Below are positions 49,171 to 58,200 of a stretch of DNA of 64,000 bases, in pieces (within the stretch, counting starts at the first letter, position 1; each line of letters opens with the position of its first letter). Location: assembly GCA_025558095.1 (NCBI GenBank), contig JAIVFI010000023.1, forward strand, positions 248,001 to 312,000, read 5' to 3'. Under the pieces are notes generated by a model, which saw nothing but the letters and a program-made list of their open reading frames with translations, did no database searches and was not told where the DNA came from. Source of the DNA: Hyaloraphidium curvatum SAG 235-1. Taxonomy: Eukaryota; Fungi; Monoblepharomycota. The position numbers and the translations under genes are program-made.

Positions 49171-49290
49171 TTCGACTTTGCTGGTGTTCTACTACTACTC
49201 AAGAATGCGACTAACGTCGCGAGGCTTACAGCCACTCTAACTAAAACCCCCACTCACTCGACCTCAACGAAAAACCCCTGAGGCCTGTCA
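49170..49290 (-). ncRNA. Candidate Fanzor omegaRNA (scaffold overlapping the CDS 3' end and element terminus, guide running into the host flank)
   Basis: Directly downstream of the Fanzor stop. Three stems: 49260-49285 (GGCCUCA..UGAGGUC), 49221-49237 and 49207-49220 (GCGAC-GUUA-GUCGC), then (UAG)3 at 49189-49197. Boundaries are inferred. Confidence 0.55.
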
Positions 49291-52200
49291 CCGTTGTTGA
49301 GGATGGTAAACAAGAAGATCCAGAGGATGTTGAACGCTGCGCTGATGTCCCTGCTCCACATCACGTCGCAGAGCTCGCAGTCTGTAACTATAGGTCAGCT
49401 CATCCTCTCTTTCCCGCGGCGGACATACTCACATTTAACACCCCAGATCGTCTTGTTGTTCTGCAGCAACACGCACTCCCTCCCCTTGGCCTGCTTGAGC
49501 ACGGTGATGTGGCACTCCCTGCACATCCGCGAGGTTCGGAACTCGCGGACGAACGAGAGGCACAGATCCTTGCGCCAAGCCGGCAGGTGTTGGTTCTTGT
49601 GCGGGTCTTTGCCTTCCTCCTCGAGGCGCCGAAGAGATTTGACGAGCTGCGCACGAATTGATCGTTAGTGATCTCAATGAATGTTTCCAGTTCCCACGTA
49701 CCTGACGGTTCGGAGTGGGAGCCCTTCCCCGGATGTTGGTCGAAAAATTCGCGTCGCCGTATGGAAGTACGGTCCCAACATTGCTCTGAAAAGAGATCCA
49801 CTCCTTGCCGTCCTCGCCACGGATAATGCCGATCACGCCCGGCGTGCCCACTTGCTTGCCGCCTCCAGGATCATACGGCTCGACAAGCACGTTGGGCGCA
49901 AAGTAGACCTGAGCGATCGTGGCCATCGTGTGGTCTCCCCGGCGCTTGCTTGTCATGCGCAGCTGCCTGTTGGATCCCGTGGTTGAGCATGGCATTGGAC
50001 GGCAGTTGTCAAAAGCTCACCGTTCACGGTAGCGTCCGTAGTGATCTACCGATCGAGCGTCAGAACGTCGTCAGGATTCAACGAAGAGGATTCGCTCGAC
50101 CCACCCATAAGCCCGGGGAGCGTGCGCAGCATGCAGACTGCGTGCCTCTCGAACTCCTCGGGGTCCGCGGTCCGGGGCGTCGGCAGCTTCGACGACCACT
50201 CCTCGACGGAACAAGAGCGCGTGACAAAGTCCTTTTTCTCCGGATCCCAAAAGCAGGCCTCCTGTCACGATGTGGGAAGTTCAGAGATCGATTCAGGCCA
50301 CATCCCGCGCAATGGTGCTGACCTTCAGGACCCCAGCCTCCTTCCGCCACCCCTCGCGGCGCTTGTTGTTCCGCGGGATGCCCTTCGAACGCCTCACATA
50401 GTCGCTCGGACACATCCTCTCCAGCTCGTAACGCGCCGTGCCCGGCAGCATCCCAAGCTTCCTCCAGATCTCGTCGGCCTCCTCCTGGGTCTTGCCGGCG
50501 ACCCTGATAAACTTGGCGCGGCGCTGCTCGAGCAGCTCCTCGCACTGCTGCTCGGTGAGGTCGCAGGGGAGCACCTCGCCGGGGTCCAGGCGGCGCCGTC
50601 GCTGCCGCTGCTTTTCGGGCGACAAGTTGCCCATGATGGACTCGATCGACGAAAGCGACTGCTGCTTCCGCTTTGCCTCTGCGGGGTCCTTGGCCGACGG
50701 GTACTTGTACTGGCGGGTGTAGAACTTGTTGTTGTGCACCCGCGGCTCGATGTCCATCTCCTTGGCGGGGATGAGGTCCCACTTGACGATCCGCCCGTTG
50801 TCGAAGGTGTACGAGAACGTCCACTTGAAACGCCGGCCGTCGGCAAAGATCTGTGTCACTGCAGTGTTGAAGGGGTTTGGGACCAGCTTGCTCCCGGGCC
50901 GCCGCGGGTCGTCGAGCTGCAGCTGCGCCATCCTGCGAATTGCGTTGAACTGCGCCTCGGAGATGATCGCCACGGAGGTGGTAATGGCCTTGTTTCCCGG
51001 ATCCGTCGCGGGAATGAAAGGCTCCCGAATGAGGTCGTCGAATTCGAGGAGGTCCTTTGGGAGCGACTCGAGGATCCGTTCTGAACGGGGGATCAGATCA
51101 CTGTGAGGCCGCTCGAGCTCGCTGCACTCACTAGAGAGAACGCCGAACTCTTTCATCTCCTCCGCCTCCAGCTCCTCCTCGCGCAGACGTTGCTGCTGCG
51201 CAAAGTCCCGCTTCTGCTGGTCACTCAGCGGCCCTCCGGCCCTCTTCTTGGCCTCTTCCTTCTCCTCGTTCAGCAGCTTTTCCGCCGACTTTTTGACCCA
51301 TTCCACTCGCGTCATGACGAAACGGAGCTCCACGCCGTTCGACTGCACCCCGTTGATGTGGGTGATGGTCGGAGTGCCGCGCACGACACATCCGCGAAGC
51401 AGATGACTGAAGTCAGAAAGATCAAATATCCATCCGAGGTAGAAGTCGCGGTCGGCTACGAACGCCTTCCTGGCCGCGGAGACCGAGGACGATCGCGTGG
51501 GGTCGAGCTTGAGTCTGTCGGCACGAAACTGCGTTAGACGACAAAGGCGGCGGCGCGGGAACGAGCGCACCGGCAAAGCAGGTCCGAGATGGCAGAAACT
51601 TCCCGGAAGTAGAAACCAAAGCGGTGCGACACGAGCGGGGTGAGCTGCGGAATCTTGATCAAGCGCAGAGGGCGCTTCGGCCGCGAAGGTGGCGCAGGAG
51701 CCGTCCCGGATGGCTTGGCGGCCGTGGAGGCCTCCGCGGCTGGAGCGGCAGCGGGTTCGGCGGCCGCCGACGACTTTGCAAGGTTCCTTTTCGGGCCAGG
51801 CGGAGGTCCAGGGGTGCGTGCTGCGGCGCCAGCAGACTTGGCGGCGAGGCGCTCGCTGCGTTTGCGAGTGCTCTTCCCCAGGTTCTCCATGAACTCGAAC
51901 TCGTCAAAGGGGCCGCCGCCGCCCGCGTCCTGCGAATCAACCGGCACAGACGTGCCTGCTGGACCCATGTCCTCGCCGGCAATCACACGCGGCGAGACCC
52001 GCGGTTGGCCGTGGGCCTGTTCGGTGGCCGTTGCCGCGGCGGACCCTGCGGCAAGAGCTTCCGACAGACCGCCCTCCGTCGCCGTTGGCTGAGGCTTCCG
52101 AGCCTTGCGGTACTCGTCGAAGTCCTTCTTGTACTGCACCAGCGCCGGCAAGCGGGCTTTGTTGACGTCCATCAGCGCCTTGATGACGGCGGTGCGCGCG

Positions 52201-55200
52201 GGGTGCACGACGTTCCACGAGACGTCGAACTTGGACTTGGTGCGGCGATTTCCTCCGGCATCCTGTGGCGCGGGTGCCGCGGCGTTGGCTGGCGGATTAG
52301 CGCCGCCGCCAGCGGCCGCAGCCTCCCCATCTCCGTCCTCGGCCTCTGTCTCCTCTTCCTCCAAGTCCTCCATCTCCTCATCCTCCGCGTCTTCGGCATC
52401 CTCTGCTCCCTCCTGTTCATCAGCATCCGCCACCGCGCCTTCGACGGCTTCCTGGGATTGGCGATGGGCGTGAGAGTGTGGAGGGGAACGTCGGAACAAA
52501 GCGAAAGCGAACCTCTGCCTTTTTCATCCGCTTCGTTGGAACCCAGCGCGGAACGATCTGGCCCCGGTCCGCCAGCTCGCGGACCGCGAGATGTTGCTCG
52601 AGGTAGTCCGGCGCCGCCTCCAGCATGTCGAGGTATGAATACAGCGGTTGCCTGAAGCCGTCCGAGATTCCGCGCCTTGCTGCGGTGTGCGCATCCTCGA
52701 AATTCTTCCGATCGTCGCGGTAGTTTGCCTGTAGGGTCTGCAGAAGGCAGCTGATGAGGCCTTGGCCGCGGATCGGAATGCAGCAAGCTGTACTTGCCTC
52801 CCGGTGCTCCTGATCGGTGATCATCTAAAGAAGCTCGTCGTCCGAAAGCTTCTCCCAGTCCGCTCGAAACTCCGCCTGCCGAAGAACGGGTCACGCACGG
52901 CCCAAAGAACTCCGTCCCGAGCGCAGCCACCCACCGCGAGGGTCTTGAACTGCTCGATGGTCTCCGGAGTTCGACTGCCAGGCTCTTCAAAGAAAGAGAC
53001 GGCTTGCTCCTCGATCAGATGCTCGATGACGACGCGGCGCAAGGGCCACGGTGGCACGGGCAGGTACTGCGGCCTCGGCATTAGCGTTACCGTTGGCCGC
53101 GTCGAGCGCAAACCTACCATCATCTTGGCCACTCCCTCCAGTTGCTGGCGCAGCTCCGCCAGCTTTTCTTCCCCGCCCAGACGTTCGAGGACAAAGCTTC
53201 GGATCCGCTCAGCCTCGACCACCTGGTTGTCCGTGAAGACGCGTCGGCCTGTTGCAGTGCCAGCCGCGGCCTGCGCCGCAGGTTCCGCGAGGTCCCCCTC
53301 CGTCTGGTCCGCCGCGGCCTCGGCCTCGAGCTCCACCTCGTCCTCCTTGTCCTCGGCCGGTATCCGCCGCTTCTTCCTCTTCCCCGCCCTGCCGCTCGCC
53401 CCCGTGGCCTCGGCCCCGGATCCCGTGGTGCCGGCCGCCCCGCCGGCGTCGGTGGCTCTGGAGCCGACCTTTGCCTTGGCCAGGAGGAAGGCGGCACCGA
53501 GTTCCAGTTGGTGAGCCGTGAGGATCATCGAGTCCCAAAGGCAGTCCCAAATCCTCATGGATATGTGGTTCTGCGCCTTCGGCACGAAAAGGATAGCGCC
53601 GTCGGCGGTCCGCGCATCCTGGACCTTGGCGCGGATCAAGGTGCGAATATTCTTAGCCGTCTCCCAGACGACCACTCGTTTGGCATCCTTGACCAAATCG
53701 CGGACGACGGAGTCGATCACCTGCACGAAGACATGCGTCAAAGACGACGGATACCGGGAATGCGAGAATGAGCTCACAGAGCCAGACAGATGAGGTAAGT
53801 ACGACTTGCGGTCGTCCTTTCTCAGCGAGGGCAGAAACTGCTCAATCACGGTCTTGAACATGGCCTCGGCCGTCGCTCTGCGCTCGGCTGCGAAGTCGCC
53901 CGACTCGAGGCCAGCCCCGGAACGAAACGTGTCCAATCGCTTTGCGGTTTCAAACTGCAGACGGCTGGCGACTGACAGAGTGTGGTTCGGGTGAGCAGTA
54001 CTTACCGCCGCACCCAGCCGCAAGGCTTACCCATTGTCGCCATCCGCTTTACCGTTGAAAGATCAAGCACGTATGTCTCATCCGCGCTCCATCTACGCTG
54101 GAACATGCCGACCGCGAGACACAGCTCCTTGCGGAGTTTTTCCGCGTAGGTCTCGGCCTCGAATGCGTGCACAAGAATGTGGCGGAGGTGATCGTGGACC
54201 GCTGAGTTCACGGGTTTGCCGTGGGCCGTGTGAGTGATCTGTGCGAGCCACGATGGGTCAGGAAGAAGCATCCATGCAGATATTCCGACGGACCTTGGCC
54301 TCGTGCGACTTGCTGTCCTTGCCGCCGCGGATCTGGAGGTTGACGAACCGCCGGACCTTCTCGGAGCAGAAGGCGCGGTGCCTCGTGTTCTTGGCGATCG
54401 GAGCCTTCGAGGCCCCGCAGACGGTGCAGGCGCCGTCCTCGGTCCAGCACTCGGACCCGGACGACGGCGGGGCAGGACCACCGCGTTCCCCACGTCCGCC
54501 GGTATCTCGCGCAGTCCGTTCGGGGGTCGCCGGGGCGGAGGCAGAGGGCGGGGGCAGGTCCGCCGGAGCTTGCTGCTCCTCCAAAGGTGCCGGTTCCGTC
54601 GGTGTCGCCTGGCGTTGCGTGGTCGATGCAGCACCGGCCGTGTCCGGGATCGTGCGGCCGGCTTGAGAGACGGGCTTTACATCCGGCGCGTCGAGTACAA
54701 CGCCGAAGTCCACGCTTTCCGAGGCGTCCGAGAACCAGCCTGGCAGGTCCGTTAGTTGGATTCGCAACCACGATGCGCTCATTTGCCTACCGAATGATTG
54801 GGCAATCTGCCGCGCCCGAAGCCAAGCTTCTGCGTCATACAGAGCCGGAAACGCGCGTGCTTCCGGCGAGATTCCCTTCTTGCACGCAAACGTCGTCGTG
54901 ACTCGCGTGCCGAGGATAGACCTGAGCCATATGAGAGTGAGCACATGTTGCCTGCGCGAAACAGGAGACCCACCAGTTGTTGGTTCGCATCCAGTCGACG
55001 CTGTAGCCAGCGCGGATCGGCGCCGTCATCATCTCGGTCATGGATCCGAAGCCAATGATGACGTCCTGCTCCTTCAACTCCACTCCCTGGTGTCCGAGTC
55101 CCTTCCTCCATGGCTCCACGTTCTGGTTGAAGAACACGTCGGGCACCTTGAGCCTGATCTTGTCCGCGACGCTCCGATCCGTGGCAACCCAGTAGTGGTT

Positions 55201-58200
55201 CCGGGCGTTGTGCAGCTTCAGCGCAGCCTCCGGCTCGTGCGGCATCGCCAGCCGCGAGTTCTTGACGAGCTCGCCCGCCAAGGGGCTATCGCACAGGCTG
55301 CCGCCCGCATCGGGTTCAGATGAACGCCTGCAGATGCGCAGATCCACTCACTGGCACGCATGCGTCACCTCCACCTTCCCGCCGAACTCAATACCGCAGT
55401 GGATCCCGCCGCGGTCCGCGATGGAAAGTATAAGAGCGACGACGTCGCCCGGGACGGGCAGGTCCTGCAGGATTTCGCTGAAGGAGGTCCTCGGGCGGCG
55501 GAGGACGAAGGAAGCGGGTTGCTCGCTGTCGCGGCGGGAATGTGTCAGTTGCGGCTTCACTTTGGTTCGACCGGCCCTCCACCCACGCGTCGAGATCGAT
55601 GCCCTGGGCCATCATCACGTGCGCGACGCGGTCGACCGTTCTCCTCTCCTCGTCGTCGGCGGCGAGTGCCGAGAAGGTGAATAACAAATCCCGCAACGTT
55701 CGGAAATCTCGCCAACCGTACGGCCGCAGGGCATGGCGTCCGGGCTTTGCTGCGTCCGACGGCGATACGGCGACCTTCAAGGGCCGCAGAGAACGGGCTT
55801 GAAAGATGGGGAGGGTACGTAGGTCCGCGTCGGGGGATTGATGATACGGGAGGTGAGAAGTCGGGTCGAAGTCGTCCTGCACGATGGTGTCGTGTCAGCT
55901 TGCATGATGGCGAGCTGTCCCGGCGTCAACTCACGGAGTAGTCGAGCATTTCACCCTTCCAGCGGAGGTGCCAGATCCAGCACCACGCCCGCCTCCGCTC
56001 GTTTCCGCCCCTCGGCAGGAAGCTGACGACCTCGTTGAGCTTGTTGACCTTGGTCTCGGAGACGAGCAGGCGCTTGGCGGCCTCGAACGGCTGGCCGAGT
56101 CCGGGAGCACCGTCACCCCACGGTCCTTTGGACAGCAGTTGCCAGAGACCCGGCGCCGGCGGGGACCGCGGCTCGAAGAGCGCCGGCCGTTGGTGCGGGC
56201 GGTCCCGGCCGTGTTGGGGCTTGGAGTCCACCTCGATGGCCTCAGGCGGCTCGGAGCCCGTGGCGAAGCGATAGAAGCTCGTCGCTAGCTCCGCAGCCGG
56301 AATGGTATCGAGAATCTGCCGGACGCTCGGGATCGGCAGCCCGGGGACATGGCCGCCCAGAGGCTGGTGGGAATGATCAGCGTCGCCCAGTTGCGTGCCG
56401 CGAACGGTGTCACTCACGTAGGTGAAGGCGGGCGCTGCCGTGGCACCGCGGTCGACGTCCATCTGCACGCGACGCTGCGGCGTTCCTGGCGCAGGTTGCG
56501 GTTGACCTGTGGCCGAGACGACAGCGTCAGCGGCAATGCAGGAGACATGGAGGCCGAATGGCTCGCCTTCCACGGCAACGCGCTTTGCCGCCGGGGACGC
56601 GGCGCCTGGCGTCGGTTTCGGGTGCGCCGGCGATTTCCCCTTGACCGGCGTTTCACCGGTCGACATCCTGGCGTCCGCCTGCTGCTTGCGCTCCTCGTTC
56701 TTGCGGGCTTGCTTGGCGGAAGGGAGGCGACGTTGCTGGGGTGCCGCGTCAGCACATGGAGGAAAAGGCGTCGGGCATTGCTCGGAACCCACGTCGGACT
56801 TCCGGGGAGGTTGCGGCGGCACGGAGGTTATGGAGTAAGCCCCCGGCTGTCCAGGGAGCTTTGTGGTCTTCCTCTCCGCGATCCCGCCCTGGCCGATTTC
56901 GATCTTGGTGCGGGGCCCGGGAAGGTGGCCGCTGGGCGGGTTGTTGAGGTCGGGAGGTTTGTCGGGGGAGCCGACTGCGCGGGCGGCATCGTCGTAGCGG
57001 TGATACTGCGAGGGCGGGCGAGTCAGGGGTGGCATCGACCGGATGCAGCCGGCCGAGTACCAGTCGGAGGAATCGGGAAAAGTCCGTGTCTTCGTTCCGG
57101 AAGACGCGCTCGAGGCGGGTACGCTCGTTCCCTTGAAAGAACGTGGGTGCCTCGGGAAATGTCACCAACTCAAGGCACGGATGGATGCCAGCGGGGTTAA
57201 TCATCCACGAGGCGTAGATGCGGTGATACGCCGACGTGATCGCCTCCCAGCCCCGCGAAACGAACTCCTCCGCCTGCGTTCCCTCCAACCCCTCCACACG
57301 ACCATACCGATCTGCGAGGAGCTTTGCCGCGGCCTTTGCGGCGGCCTCGTCGACCTTGGGGTAGACGCTCGTGAGGCAACGGTACACGAAGCCCTGGACG
57401 GCGCCCATGGGGGCTTCCGAGATCGTTGGCGCGGGAGCCGGGGGAACGTAGTCGGCGGGAGGGTTCTGCGTGGTAGAGGTGAGATGCGCACACGGCTCCG
57501 CGCCGAACCGCTGCGGACCTTGGTGAAGGCGAGGGAAAGAACCGAGTGGTGTTCCTTGTTACCCTTGATGAGGTTCAGGACGCTCCGGAGCGGCCCCGTA
57601 TCCTCCGCGCGGAGGACCGCAGTCTTCTGGATCAGGCTGTACATCCTGTCACAGGCTTGGGCTGGCGATCGAGTCGAAGTTGCCAATACGTGCCGGTACA
57701 GGCGAAATGCCGCGCCGTACGAGCCGCAGCACATCACGACAGCCCATGAGAAACTGTTGATGGCCGCAACGTTCTTAGCCGGCGCCACCATCATCTTGAG
57801 CTTCTCGACGTCGGAGCGCAGTTCGGCGGGGACGTCCTGCTGGCGGAGGTATGCCGGCCGAATCTCGGCCGTCTGCCCCGTGACCGTCTCCCACCAAGGT
57901 CCTCCATCGGCGGCCGAGACGACGGTGCGGTCGGCGGGGTCCACGACGGCGTTCGGGTCCGGCGTGGCGTTCTGCAGTTGAGGACGGCGTGGTCATGCCG
58001 CGCCCGTGGACCACGGCAAAAGCATGCGCGAGACCCACCGCGCGCACTCGAAGGGAAAACATGGATTCGTCGAAGGAGCTGAACACCGCGCCAAAGGCCG
58101 TGAGCTGCGAATAAAAGTGCGCCTGCGGCGCGAGGTTGTGACGGAGAATCGCGTCCTTCACGGCCCTAAGCGGCTGCGGGCCCGGCGGGTGGGGGAGCAG

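Noticed and set aside
49189-49220. Canonical Helitron 3' end (hairpin plus CTRR)
   Set aside because: A hairpin is present, but the end reads GAGTAGTAGTAG rather than CTRR, and no Rep/helicase motifs were found. The transposon superfamily is left unassigned.
16675-52827. TAG reassignment, suggested by in-frame TAGs in both the LINE and the Fanzor gene
   Set aside because: Host genes here end at TAG at their expected C-termini (INTS3, Dia2-like, VAMP7, POL2), so the genetic code appears standard.
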